In this document: positions 7,658 through 16,453 of the stretch, one piece after another
How the letters are laid out: every line of letters starts with the position of its first letter
Numbering within the stretch: the stretch's first letter is position 1
Virus record (IMG/VR): IMGVR_UViG_3300045988_103931
Coordinates: 10,801-74,800 of that record
From: a virus
DNA length: 64,000 bases
Reading direction: 5' to 3' (one strand)
Made by a program: the position numbers and the translations under genes
Notes under the pieces: model-generated
Databases searched by the model: none
What the model saw: only the letters and a program-made list of their open reading frames with translations
What the model was told of the DNA's origin: nothing

Positions 7658-8891
7658 TACAAAAACACAAAATCAAGCAATAGAAAAATTAGGACGATTG
7701 AAAGTTGGTGCGCTATTTATGGAGATGGGAACAGGGAAAACGAAAACCGCCCTTGATCTTATCGCGTCCAAACAAAACAAGATAGATTATACGCTTTGGA
7801 TATGCCCTTGCTCATTAAAAACGGAAATCGAATCCGAACGGCAAAAGTGGCATCCAGAATTAGAACTTGACGTTGTAGGCTGTGAGAGTATCGGCAGCAG
7901 TAACAGAATTTATCTTGAACTCATGAAAAAAGTAGAGGGAAAGCGAACATTTATCGTTGTAGATGAAAGTCTTAAAATCAAGAATCGTCACGCAAAAAGA
8001 ACGATGAGGATAACAAAGTTAGGAGAAGAAGCAAAGTATAAATTGATTCTCAACGGAACTCCTATATCGAAAAGTTATTGCGATTTGTGGACACAAATGG
8101 AATTTTTAAGTCCGAAAATACTCTCGATGTCATACAATCAATTCTACAATACATACTGCGAATATTACACGCGCGGAAAATACAAAGGAAGAATAAAGAG
8201 GTTTGTAAATATACCACACCTTATAGATAAGATATCTCCGTATGTATTTGAAGCTGCACTTGATATAAACACTCAGAAAATTTACCATACACGTTGTTAC
8301 TCAACTCCGATGGACAAATACGAAGAATACAAAGAAGAAATATTCGAACAATATTATGATAATAAAGAGGATGACTTAAATTTTAATGCGTTCTCAATGA
8401 AACTCCAAAAATATTATGGCGAACATTCCGACAGAACGGAATGCATAAATAACCTAATAGAAGAAATAGGCGATCAGGTGATTGTCTTTGTTAGATTTAT
8501 AACGAGCATTCCCGAAGGAGCGCGCAAAATCACAGGAGCTGAAAAACAGTGTGAACGCAAGAATATATTGGATTCATTCAAACGAAAAGAATTTAATGTG
8601 TTGTACATTACTTACGGTTGCGGGTCTTTTGGGCTTAACTTACAGTTTTGCAAGAATATGATATTTGCGGAACACACATGGGACTACGCTGTGAGGGAAC
8701 AAGCAGAAGCAAGAATATATAGAATGGGGCAAGGTGAGGAAGTCAATTATTACAACATGATATGTGATGGCGTGGGACTTGAGGAAATGATATTCGATTG
8801 TGTATCAAAGAAAAGCAATATGCTTGATACGGTGAAAAAAGAGATACAGAAGCACAACGGTAGTACAAAAGATTTTATCAAAACCCTATAA
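7647..8891 (+). CDS. SNF2-family ATPase/helicase
   Basis: MGTGKTKTAL (motif I), VVDESLKIKN (II), LILNGTPISKSYCDLW (III), GLNLQ....WDYAVREQAEARIYRMGQ (V/VI). Start is ATG 7647 or 7650, overlapping the upstream stop. Confidence 0.85.
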   Translation: MMSNTKTQNQAIEKLGRLKVGALFMEMGTGKTKTALDLIASKQNKIDYTLWICPCSLKTEIESERQKWHPELELDVVGCESIGSSNRIYLELMKKVEGKRTFIVVDESLKIKNRHAKRTMRITKLGEEAKYKLILNGTPISKSYCDLWTQMEFLSPKILSMSYNQFYNTYCEYYTRGKYKGRIKRFVNIPHLIDKISPYVFEAALDINTQKIYHTRCYSTPMDKYEEYKEEIFEQYYDNKEDDLNFNAFSMKLQKYYGEHSDRTECINNLIEEIGDQVIVFVRFITSIPEGARKITGAEKQCERKNILDSFKRKEFNVLYITYGCGSFGLNLQFCKNMIFAEHTWDYAVREQAEARIYRMGQGEEVNYYNMICDGVGLEEMIFDCVSKKSNMLDTVKKEIQKHNGSTKDFIKTL

Positions 8892-8893
8892 AT

Positions 8894-8959
8894 ATGAACA
8901 ACGATTTACAAATTGTTTATAAAATAATGCAGAATTAAGTGCCGCTTGTGTGGTATAAT
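8894..8959 (+). promoter_or_regulatory. conserved promoter/operator cassette, copy B
   Basis: ATGAACAAC-GATTTACA-AATTGTTTAT, GCAGAAT, GTGCCGC-ttgt-GTGGTATAAT. Confidence 0.6.
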
Positions 8960-9013
8960 ATATACAGAACAAAAGAAAAGCCTACGGGCAAAGCGAGAAA
9001 GAGAGAAAATAAA

Positions 9014-9487
9014 ATGGCAAGAGCGGTAGCAAAGTGTAAATGCGCGACGTGTGGCAAAGAGTTTGAAGTTATCAAGCGTGATATGCGCAACAGTGCAGCG
9101 GCAAGAGACTTTGAAGAATGGGCGGCTAAAAACTGTGATGAATGCTCGGAATGCTATAAAGCGAGAATTGAAACAGAGAAAGCTAAGAAATTCAACGAGA
9201 TTGACGCAGAAGTCAATTTTCCCACACTGACAGCAGTATCTGATAAGCAGTTGGCGTTTGCCAACAAGAGACGTACCGAATATGTTATAGGGCATACAGA
9301 AACAATCAAAGCAATGAGTGAGTTTCTGAAAACACTTGATAGCCGTAAACAAGAGTTGGAACGGATGTGTGCCGAACACGGGACAACATTTGAAGTGGAA
9401 TATAAAAGAACTATCGAACTATATAAGAAAGAATATACAATCCTGACAGAGACAAGCGCAGGAAAGCTCCTTGATGTTATCGCGTAA
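9014..9487 (+). CDS. Zn-ribbon protein, unknown function (first gene of the triad operon)
   Basis: ATG 9014 with GAGAGAAAAT leader, downstream of the cassette-B -10 (the listed start 8939 lies inside the promoter). CKCATCG...CDECSEC cysteine pairs. Confidence 0.6.
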   Translation: MARAVAKCKCATCGKEFEVIKRDMRNSAAARDFEEWAAKNCDECSECYKARIETEKAKKFNEIDAEVNFPTLTAVSDKQLAFANKRRTEYVIGHTETIKAMSEFLKTLDSRKQELERMCAEHGTTFEVEYKRTIELYKKEYTILTETSAGKLLDVIA

Positions 9488-9546
9488 ATAAAACAATCTA
9501 CTTGCAAAGAACTGCGCTAACGGTTTGACGGGCAGAAAGGTTGACG

Positions 9547-10407
9547 GTGTTTTATATAGGAGATTGGGATAAGCAGAAAATCATTTCCCACTACATCGAA
9601 AACAATGATGTAAAAAAAGTCTTGGTGATATACAGCAAGCAACGGAATGAATATGAAACGGGCATAGAAACCCGATATATAGAATTACATCTTGCTAAAG
9701 CACATGAGACGCACTACGAGTTATTACAGTACATAAACAGATACACGCTAATTGTTATGGATGATTTGTTAGTATCACAGCAAAGATACATGAACGAATA
9801 TAACTGTGTTGCTAACTTTGTCAATCAAACCCCGCACAGACTTGTATTTAACTATCTCCCGTTTATTGAGCAAAAAGACGATTTCATGATTCTGCTTGAC
9901 TTTTACAACAGAGTGAAATACAAGGGCGAAAGATTTGATTATGAGCTTTTCAAAGACTTCAAATACTTCATCAAGCCTGTGCATATTAAAGTCAATTTTC
10001 ATGAAGTGGAGGTAATGAATGAAGATGTAAGAAATTACAATCAGCAAAGGGATGAATTGTTCGCCGAAATCGGTCTTGCAAATCCGCAGATAATCCCTAA
10101 TAGATTATCCGCAATGTGTGGAGATGTAAAGTATAAAACCGCTCCATTCGATAAAATGATTGCGAGAAATCGGCGATATAAGAATTTAACCACATTCAAG
10201 GATTCTGCGGTTAATCCGATTCTGGAATTTCCCGTTAAAAGACAAGACTTTGTTGAGTGGATTTCAAGAACGAAACAGACGGAGATTGATGTATTAACAA
10301 GCCAGTTGAGCATGGATGAATGGTATAAACAGGATTATCTGAACTGGATAGAAAGGCTTGAAGAATTTTATGATAAGGCAAACATTTATCGGAATAAACG
10401 TAGTTGA
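9547..10407 (+). CDS. orphan protein X1 (first gene of triad 1)
   Basis: GTG 9547, 6 nt after GAAAGG. Paralogous to 12046-12765 (YIGDWDKQKI / YIGEYDKTKI; HRLVFNYLP..DDFMILLDF / HRLIFNYFP..EDFMILYDM). No motif I recognise. Confidence 0.6.
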   Translation: MFYIGDWDKQKIISHYIENNDVKKVLVIYSKQRNEYETGIETRYIELHLAKAHETHYELLQYINRYTLIVMDDLLVSQQRYMNEYNCVANFVNQTPHRLVFNYLPFIEQKDDFMILLDFYNRVKYKGERFDYELFKDFKYFIKPVHIKVNFHEVEVMNEDVRNYNQQRDELFAEIGLANPQIIPNRLSAMCGDVKYKTAPFDKMIARNRRYKNLTTFKDSAVNPILEFPVKRQDFVEWISRTKQTEIDVLTSQLSMDEWYKQDYLNWIERLEEFYDKANIYRNKRS

Positions 10408-11509
10408 AGCAACAAAGAAAAGAATCGAGTGGATTTTTGATAACTTTGAACACATAGTCGTAAGCATTAGTGGCGGGAAAGATAGCACGGTTCTTGCGTA
10501 CATGACATTGCAAGAAGCGCACAAGAGAAACCGAAAGATAGGCATTTTCTTCCTCGATGAAGAAGTGGTCTATCAAAGCACGGTAGATCAGGTGCGGTAC
10601 TTGATGGAACTTTATCCAGAAAACACGGTGAAGATGTGGTATCAATTGGAGTTTAATCTCACAAATGCCACAAGCCTTGATGAAACACAGTTTAAAGTAT
10701 GGGATAAAGACAAGCAAGATATTTGGATGAGACCGAAAGAACCGGACAGCATTACATATCCAACATGGGACTTGAGCAAAGAAACAATCCGCAACAAAAA
10801 GAAAGGTTTTGGGTTTTTCGACGCTATGGATAACTTTGTAGCCACATACACAAATACGGCATATCTAATCGGATTAAGAGCAGCCGAAAGTTTGAACAGG
10901 TGGAGAGCGGTTACAAAGTACGCAGGAATCCCAAACGTCTATTGGAGTACATACAGAAACAACGGCAATTATAACCTATATCCGCTGTACGATTGGAACT
11001 TTCAAGACATTTGGAAATATCTTTACGAAAACAAAATAAGATACTCCAAAATATACGATTATCAGTATAAAAAAGGACTTGGTATGAAAGACATGAGAGT
11101 GTCGAGTTTGATACACGAAAAGTCATTTCATTCACTTGTCGAACTTCCGGAGTTTGAGCCGGAAACATACGATAAGCTAATAATCAGAACACAGGGGGTG
11201 CAGGTCGGAAATATCTATGGCAAAGACGATTTAATGCTCAGATGTAGGAAATTGCCTAAAAATTTCAAAGATTGGATGGAATACAGAGATTTTCTGTTAT
11301 CGACTGTAAAGGAAGACGATATAAAAGCGATATTTGAAAAGCGTTTCTCGAAACAGCTTAACAACAACTACGTCGCGCGTCAGCAGTGCAAACAGCTAAT
11401 ACTGAATGACTATGAAAACAATCTTGGAATAACGAACGGCGAGGACAAACGAGAAAAAGAACTGAAATACTGGAAAGGAGTTTTATATGGTGAAAGTTAT
11501 ACAGAGTGA
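10370..11509 (+). CDS. PAPS-reductase-family PP-loop enzyme, IbrA-like (triad 1)
   Basis: VSISGGKDSTV PP-loop, IGLRAAESLNRWR, long C-terminal extension (ARQQCKQLILNDYENN). Start uncertain (ATG 10370 or TTG 10358) and overlaps X1. Confidence 0.7.
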   Translation: MIRQTFIGINVVEATKKRIEWIFDNFEHIVVSISGGKDSTVLAYMTLQEAHKRNRKIGIFFLDEEVVYQSTVDQVRYLMELYPENTVKMWYQLEFNLTNATSLDETQFKVWDKDKQDIWMRPKEPDSITYPTWDLSKETIRNKKKGFGFFDAMDNFVATYTNTAYLIGLRAAESLNRWRAVTKYAGIPNVYWSTYRNNGNYNLYPLYDWNFQDIWKYLYENKIRYSKIYDYQYKKGLGMKDMRVSSLIHEKSFHSLVELPEFEPETYDKLIIRTQGVQVGNIYGKDDLMLRCRKLPKNFKDWMEYRDFLLSTVKEDDIKAIFEKRFSKQLNNNYVARQQCKQLILNDYENNLGITNGEDKREKELKYWKGVLYGESYTE

Positions 11510-12044
11510 AAAAGGAGAAATTAAACTACCATGTTTCGATGTGGTGTTGGTTGACATTGATAAGGTTGTGGCGAATGACTACAACCCCAACCATGTCAGC
11601 GTAAAAAATATGCAGTTACTTGAAGAAAGCATTATAAGCAACGGCTTTTGTTTCCCTGTGGTAACCATACATGATGAAAAGAAAGACGAGTACATTATTA
11701 TAGACGGCTTTCACAGATACACGATATTCAAGGACTATCTAAAGGCAAAGCAGCTTCCTGTTGTTGTACTCGACCACGATTTGAGCAAACGTATGATTGC
11801 AACGGTTCAGTTTAACAGAGCAAGAGGAGTTCATCATGTGGAGCTTATGGGGGATCTTGTGAAAGCGTTGGCGGGAGAGGGAATAACAGACGAACAAATA
11901 GCTGTAAGCCTTGGAATGGAAATGGAGGAAGTGTACAGGCTGAAGCAAATCACGGGCGTTGCAGAGCTGTTTAAAAATCAGTTATACAGTCCTGCATGGG
12001 AAATGAAAGACATGGACAAGAACGTGTACTATCAGGGAGATTGA
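11487..12044 (+). CDS. ParB/Srx-fold protein, IbrB-like (triad 1)
   Basis: AAAGGAG SD. ANDYNPNHV...YIIIDGFHRY...QFNRARG, typical ParB N-terminal domain. Overlaps the upstream gene by 23 nt. Confidence 0.7.
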   Translation: MVKVIQSEKGEIKLPCFDVVLVDIDKVVANDYNPNHVSVKNMQLLEESIISNGFCFPVVTIHDEKKDEYIIIDGFHRYTIFKDYLKAKQLPVVVLDHDLSKRMIATVQFNRARGVHHVELMGDLVKALAGEGITDEQIAVSLGMEMEEVYRLKQITGVAELFKNQLYSPAWEMKDMDKNVYYQGD

Positions 12045-12045
12045 T

Positions 12046-12765
12046 ATGAAAAAAATATACATAGGAGAATACGACAAAACAAAAATTGTCAATGAATATA
12101 TCTCCGAAAACAAAATTGATAAGGTATATATTATCGGAGACGATATATCAATTGACTTTGAGAACAAGGAAAACATAAAATTTTCCGATACCATAATGTA
12201 CAAATATTTCTACAGGCTATTGCAGGAAATCAATAAGGATTCGTTAATCGTACTTAATGAGTGCTTAAAAAAGCAGAACAGATACGATTTAACATATAAC
12301 TGTATCAGACGGTATATGTTACAGACAGACCACCGCTTAATCTTCAACTATTTCCCCATCGTCAAAGAACAAGAAGATTTTATGATCTTGTACGATATGC
12401 TTCAAAACAATCCGTTCTTGAAAGAACCCTATAAATATATCACTGAATTTGAAAATGTTGAAGTTAGCAAGGTTGTATTTGATGTCAACAAAACCGACGT
12501 TGTTTTGCCAGATGAGTGTGAAGCAGAGTATGAGCGTGAAAAAGAAAACCTCATCGGCAAGGTGAATAAAGACCCCGATATAATTCCGAGAGGGTTGTTA
12601 AGATTCAGCGAAAAGAAGAAACCAAAGAACTATGACAGTTTGGCGAAAATTAAGCCAGTGATGAACGTGGCAGTAAGTCAGTTAAAGGTTGATACGTATT
12701 ATTACAACGAATTACTAAACTTTAGAAAGGAATTGACCGATGTCTTACAAAAAATACACGGATAA
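12046..12765 (+). CDS. orphan protein X2 (first gene of triad 2)
   Basis: AGGGAGA SD. Paralogue of X1. Confidence 0.6.
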   Translation: MKKIYIGEYDKTKIVNEYISENKIDKVYIIGDDISIDFENKENIKFSDTIMYKYFYRLLQEINKDSLIVLNECLKKQNRYDLTYNCIRRYMLQTDHRLIFNYFPIVKEQEDFMILYDMLQNNPFLKEPYKYITEFENVEVSKVVFDVNKTDVVLPDECEAEYEREKENLIGKVNKDPDIIPRGLLRFSEKKKPKNYDSLAKIKPVMNVAVSQLKVDTYYYNELLNFRKELTDVLQKIHG

Positions 12766-13855
12766 AACCGTGTTAGAAGCAACGAAAGAGAGAATCAGCT
12801 ACATTTTCGATGAGTTTGAAAACATCATTGTTTCTATCAGCGGGGGGAAAGACAGCGAAGTGTTGTGTTATCTTGCACTTCAAGAAGCAAGGAAAAGAGG
12901 CAGAAAGATAGGCATATTCTTTTTGGATGAAGAAGTTGTTTATAAATCCACCATAGAAATGGTGGAGTACCTCATGAGTATGTACCCCGAAAACACAAAC
13001 AGATTTTGGTTGCAAATTCCTTTTAATCTCACAAACTCAACAAGTTTCGCTGACGGGCAGGTGAATTGTTGGGAACAGGCAAAAAAACCTGTATGGATGC
13101 ACAAGAGAAGTGAGAAGAACATACTCAGAAAAACATGGTCGCATGAGACGCATATCGCAGACAAAAACAAAGGTTTTGGCTTCTACGATGTAATGTACAA
13201 CTTTGAATATTCATTTGAAAACACAGCTTTTCTTGTCGGATTAAGAGCGGACGAAAGTTTGAACCGATACAGAACAATGGTAAAGCGCAAAGGCTACAAG
13301 GACATTTACTGGAGTACAAAAAGAGCAGGAACAAATTATTCGTTTTATCCTCTTTATGACTGGGGATTCAATGATGTATGGAAGTTCATCGGAGAAAACA
13401 ATCTGAAATATCATAAGTTTTATGATTTTGCCTACAAAAAAGGAAAGCACATCAATGAGATCAGAGTGTCGAGCTTGACGCACGAAAAAAGTTTCAAGTC
13501 GATTCAAGACTTGCCCGAATTTGAGTTTGATACATACGAAAAACTATTGAAGCGTATAAAAGGCATTTCGTTTGCGCAAGAAACCGCAAAAGACAGGAAA
13601 ATGTTTAAGGTGCAGAAGCTCCCGCAGAACTATAAGTCGTGGAGAGAGTACAGAGATTTTCTACTTGCAACATACCCAGACGAAAGCAAGAAACCTATTT
13701 TTGAAAAACGATTTGCCAAGCATCTTGACAATGAATTTGTTGCAAGACAGCAGTGCAAACAGCTTGTTCTTAACGATTACGAAAATAACTTCCCGGTAAA
13801 AAACACAGAAGACCCGATTATGGAAAGAATCAATTATTGGAGGAAAGTGTTATGA
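12740..13855 (+). CDS. PAPS-reductase-family PP-loop enzyme, IbrA-like (triad 2)
   Basis: VSISGGKDSEV, VGLRADESLNRYR, ARQQCKQLVLNDYENN. Roughly half the residues are identical to 10370-11509 by eye. Confidence 0.7.
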   Translation: MSYKKYTDKTVLEATKERISYIFDEFENIIVSISGGKDSEVLCYLALQEARKRGRKIGIFFLDEEVVYKSTIEMVEYLMSMYPENTNRFWLQIPFNLTNSTSFADGQVNCWEQAKKPVWMHKRSEKNILRKTWSHETHIADKNKGFGFYDVMYNFEYSFENTAFLVGLRADESLNRYRTMVKRKGYKDIYWSTKRAGTNYSFYPLYDWGFNDVWKFIGENNLKYHKFYDFAYKKGKHINEIRVSSLTHEKSFKSIQDLPEFEFDTYEKLLKRIKGISFAQETAKDRKMFKVQKLPQNYKSWREYRDFLLATYPDESKKPIFEKRFAKHLDNEFVARQQCKQLVLNDYENNFPVKNTEDPIMERINYWRKVL

Positions 13856-14385
13856 AGATAGATATTCCGTGCCTTAACATCAAACTTGTTGACAGAGATA
13901 TGTTACAGGCGAATAATTACAACCCGAACAATGTGCCAAAGGATAAGATGGAATTGCTCAAGCAGTCGATTATCGACAATGGTTTTTGCTTTCCTATTGT
14001 AACGATTTGGAGCGAGGAAGATGAGAAGTATATCATCATTGATGGATTCCATAGATATACAATGTGTATGCCGGAGTGGTTGGACATAAAACAAGTGCCT
14101 GTCGTTGTGTTGAAACACGATTTAAGTCAGCGAATGGCAGCAACGATTCAGTTCAACAAGGCAAGGGGAGTTCATGCCGTCGACGGTGACGCAGAAATTG
14201 TTAGAAGTCTAATCGAACAGGGATTGAGCGAGGAAGAAATAAGCAAGCACCTTGGTATCGACATGGAAACCGTACTGAGATATAAGCAACTCACAGGAAT
14301 TGTTGAACTGTTCAAGAACGTTGAATATAGCAAGAGTTGGGAAGTCGGAGAGTTCGACGGAGAGGATGAAAAGGAGGATAGATAA
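13852..14385 (+). CDS. ParB/Srx-fold protein, IbrB-like (triad 2)
   Basis: GGAGGAAAG SD. ATGA overlap with the upstream stop. ANNYNPNNV...YIIIDGFHRY...QFNKARG. Confidence 0.7.
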   Translation: MKIDIPCLNIKLVDRDMLQANNYNPNNVPKDKMELLKQSIIDNGFCFPIVTIWSEEDEKYIIIDGFHRYTMCMPEWLDIKQVPVVVLKHDLSQRMAATIQFNKARGVHAVDGDAEIVRSLIEQGLSEEEISKHLGIDMETVLRYKQLTGIVELFKNVEYSKSWEVGEFDGEDEKEDR

Positions 14386-15017
14386 TGAGCAAATGGGAAT
14401 ACGGCGGCGTATATAAGAATTACGATATGGATGGAGAAATCAATATCGGCGGCGGTATCTTGAAAGTGCATAATATTTTCGATCCGCTCCCTGATTTCAT
14501 GAAAAAAGCGGATTGCATTTTCTGTGACCCGCCTTGCTCACAAGGAAACATAAACAGCTTTTACACAAAAGCCGATAGAACAGATTATCAGACGAGCTAT
14601 GACCCGTTTGAAAATCGTTTCTTTGAGTGTATAGATGAGATAAAGCCTAACACTTTGTTTGTTGAAGTGTTCGCACAAAATGCAGCGAATTTCGCGGACA
14701 GATGCAATGATAGATATGCAAATATCCATGTCTACGAAACTACTTATTATCACAAAAAAGATTGCAAGTGTTTTATCATAGCTTGTTCAAACGTCATCGA
14801 CATACATAATCTGCCGTTTGAGGACATGGACGAAGAGGACGTTATAGCGTGGATAGGAAAGAATATTAATTATGAGTGTATTGGTGATTTATGTATGGGC
14901 AGAGGACTTGTAGGATGGCACTCATATATCAACGGAAAGCCTTTTGTCGGAACGGAAATAAACAAAAAACGGCTTGCTGTGCTTATTGATAAGATAACAA
15001 AACATCCGAAAAATTGA
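14385..15017 (+). CDS. methyltransferase-like protein with DPPC motif (permuted, beta-class order)
   Basis: ATAATG coupling to ParB-2. CIFCDPPCS where amino-MTases carry (D/N/S)PP(Y/F/W). C-terminal GDLCMGRGLVG...FVGTEIN resembles the SAM-binding FxGxG motif followed by G.E motif. Confidence 0.5.
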   Translation: MSKWEYGGVYKNYDMDGEINIGGGILKVHNIFDPLPDFMKKADCIFCDPPCSQGNINSFYTKADRTDYQTSYDPFENRFFECIDEIKPNTLFVEVFAQNAANFADRCNDRYANIHVYETTYYHKKDCKCFIIACSNVIDIHNLPFEDMDEEDVIAWIGKNINYECIGDLCMGRGLVGWHSYINGKPFVGTEINKKRLAVLIDKITKHPKN

Positions 15018-15040
15018 CTATACCGCCAAAATGGTATATT
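15014..15040 (+). promoter_or_regulatory. promoter with ATACC-N8-GGTAT operator
   Basis: TTGACT, then ATACCGCCAAAATGGTAT, with TGgTATATT as an extended -10. Upstream of the XRE regulator gene. Confidence 0.55.
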
Positions 15041-15107
15041 ATGAACTAAACAAAGTAAAGAGTGTTTGCTTATCGTGAACACTCTTTAAGTCTGAAAGGG
15101 TGATACG

Positions 15108-15338
15108 ATGACGTTAAAAGAAAAAAGGATTGAATCAGGATATACACAAAGTGAACTATCAGAAAAAGCAGGAATGAGCCTTAGAACATTACAGCACTTT
15201 GAAAGAAATTATAGACTGCCAGACAAAGCGCAACTTGAAACGCTCTGCAAACTTGCAATCGTGCTTAATTGTCCGATTGACGATTTAATTGTGAACGACG
15301 ATCTGAGAGAGCTATACCGAAAAGCGAAAACACTATAA
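15108..15338 (+). CDS. XRE-family HTH transcriptional regulator
   Basis: GYTQSELSEKAGMSLRTLQHFERN is a classic HTH_3. 76 aa. Confidence 0.8.
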   Translation: MTLKEKRIESGYTQSELSEKAGMSLRTLQHFERNYRLPDKAQLETLCKLAIVLNCPIDDLIVNDDLRELYRKAKTL

Positions 15339-15352
15339 AGGGCATGGAAACA

Positions 15353-15378
15353 AAACCGACATAAACTGTCGGTTTTTG
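15353..15378 (+). terminator. rho-independent terminator
   Basis: AAACCGAC-ataaact-GTCGGTTT followed by TTG. Confidence 0.65.
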
Positions 15379-15412
15379 TGTGAGGTGAAATTTCAGAAAA
15401 TTCTCTCTAATT

Positions 15413-15477
15413 ATGAACAGTGATTTACATTTTGTTTACAAAATAATACAGAATTAATACCGCTAAAGTGGTAAAAT
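15413..15477 (+). promoter_or_regulatory. conserved promoter/operator cassette, copy C
   Basis: ATGAACAGT-GATTTACA-TTTTGTTTA, ACAGAAT, ATACCGCTAAAGTGGTAAAAT. Nearly identical to copy G over about 44 nt. Confidence 0.6.
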
Positions 15478-15532
15478 ATAATCACAAGGAAGAACAAAAC
15501 ACAAACACAAAACAGGAAGAGAGAAAGAAAAA

Positions 15533-15820
15533 ATGAAACGCATTAATTTTGATAAGAACATTAAGGCAAGCACGATTGAGAAAGCATCAAAGAAGTTTGC
15601 TGAATATCTTGCAAAAAATGGTTACGAATGGGCGGCAGAAGAAATTATTGAGAGCGTTGAGAACGGGTATTTCTATTGCTCGAACGCGACAATAGCTAAT
15701 CTTGTCAAAGGCGGCAGACCCGTTCACCCCGAAACAAGCGACTGGACATACTACTGGGGAATTGAAAACGTAGATGGTAATGCCTGGTACGCATGGTTTA
15801 TCGAAAGAGTTGAAGATTAA
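15533..15820 (+). CDS. hypothetical protein (first gene of cassette-C unit)
   Basis: Purine-rich leader/SD. 95 aa. Confidence 0.6.
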   Translation: MKRINFDKNIKASTIEKASKKFAEYLAKNGYEWAAEEIIESVENGYFYCSNATIANLVKGGRPVHPETSDWTYYWGIENVDGNAWYAWFIERVED

Positions 15821-15827
15821 TAATTGT

Positions 15828-15916
15828 AGAGTGGCGGCGGCAACGCCGTTAATGCAGTCTAACGCAGATTCAACGCATTAAAACAGTGTTAGAGCGGTCA
15901 CAACTCCGCAGAAAGG
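15828..15916 (+). promoter_or_regulatory. conserved structured intergenic RNA element, copy S2
   Basis: AGAGTG-GCGG-cggcaa-CGCC-GTTAATGC...GCATTAA...GCGG-tcacaact-CCGC-AGAAAGG. Confidence 0.55.
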
Positions 15917-15924
15917 TAAAAATC

Positions 15925-16401
15925 ATGAAACCCGAAAAAATAGAAATACACGGCAATATTTATGAGGTTTGCGACATTACTGATGGTAAAGTTTACTTGC
16001 AGTCGGTAAATGATGATTATCACATGGATTTATCATCTGAAGAATTTTGCAAATTGATGAAAAACAGAATTAAAGAGATAGACAAGATTCTCGATGATGA
16101 ATCTATCAGTGATGATGAGTTTCAAGATTTGACTGATGAAGCTAAATACTTTACCGCTTTATTAGGTAAGGTCGAAAGAGCAATGGAGTTTAGCAACGTA
16201 AAAGAAATCAAGCCAAATGAATGGACGGCGAATTTTCTGAATTCTTTCGGTGCAGTTCCTACCACTCATAACATATCCGTTAGGCAGTACGAAACGTTTA
16301 GAAAATTTAACAACGGAGATTCATTCAAGTACAACGGGTTGCGATATGATTTCGGAAAAGGGTGCGGCAATTACGCAACTCTTGTTATATCCAAACTTTA
16401 A
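15925..16401 (+). CDS. hypothetical protein
   Basis: ATG 15925, 8 nt after the S2 SD. The listed start 15886 lies inside the RNA element. Confidence 0.6.
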   Translation: MKPEKIEIHGNIYEVCDITDGKVYLQSVNDDYHMDLSSEEFCKLMKNRIKEIDKILDDESISDDEFQDLTDEAKYFTALLGKVERAMEFSNVKEIKPNEWTANFLNSFGAVPTTHNISVRQYETFRKFNNGDSFKYNGLRYDFGKGCGNYATLVISKL

Positions 16402-16453
16402 ATTAAATAAACCAAGCCGGAGTGGTTATTCTCCGCCAGAAAGGAATAAAACA

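Noticed and set aside
10370-13855. The two SGGKDS PP-loop proteins as QueC (preQ0 synthase).
   Set aside because: They are about 375 aa and carry the PAPS-reductase GLRAxES..R motif and a long IbrA-type C-terminal extension. They lack the C-terminal Cys cluster of the roughly 220-aa QueC. A role in deazaguanine chemistry is not excluded, but it is not supported by sequence.
15057-15087. Hairpin AAAGAGTGTT-N11-AACACTCTTT between the XRE promoter and the XRE gene, considered as a terminator.
   Set aside because: It has no T-run and sits inside the 5' leader of the regulator gene. It contains the GTGAACACT half-site seen in the cassettes, so it is more likely an operator or leader structure. 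I did not call it a terminator.
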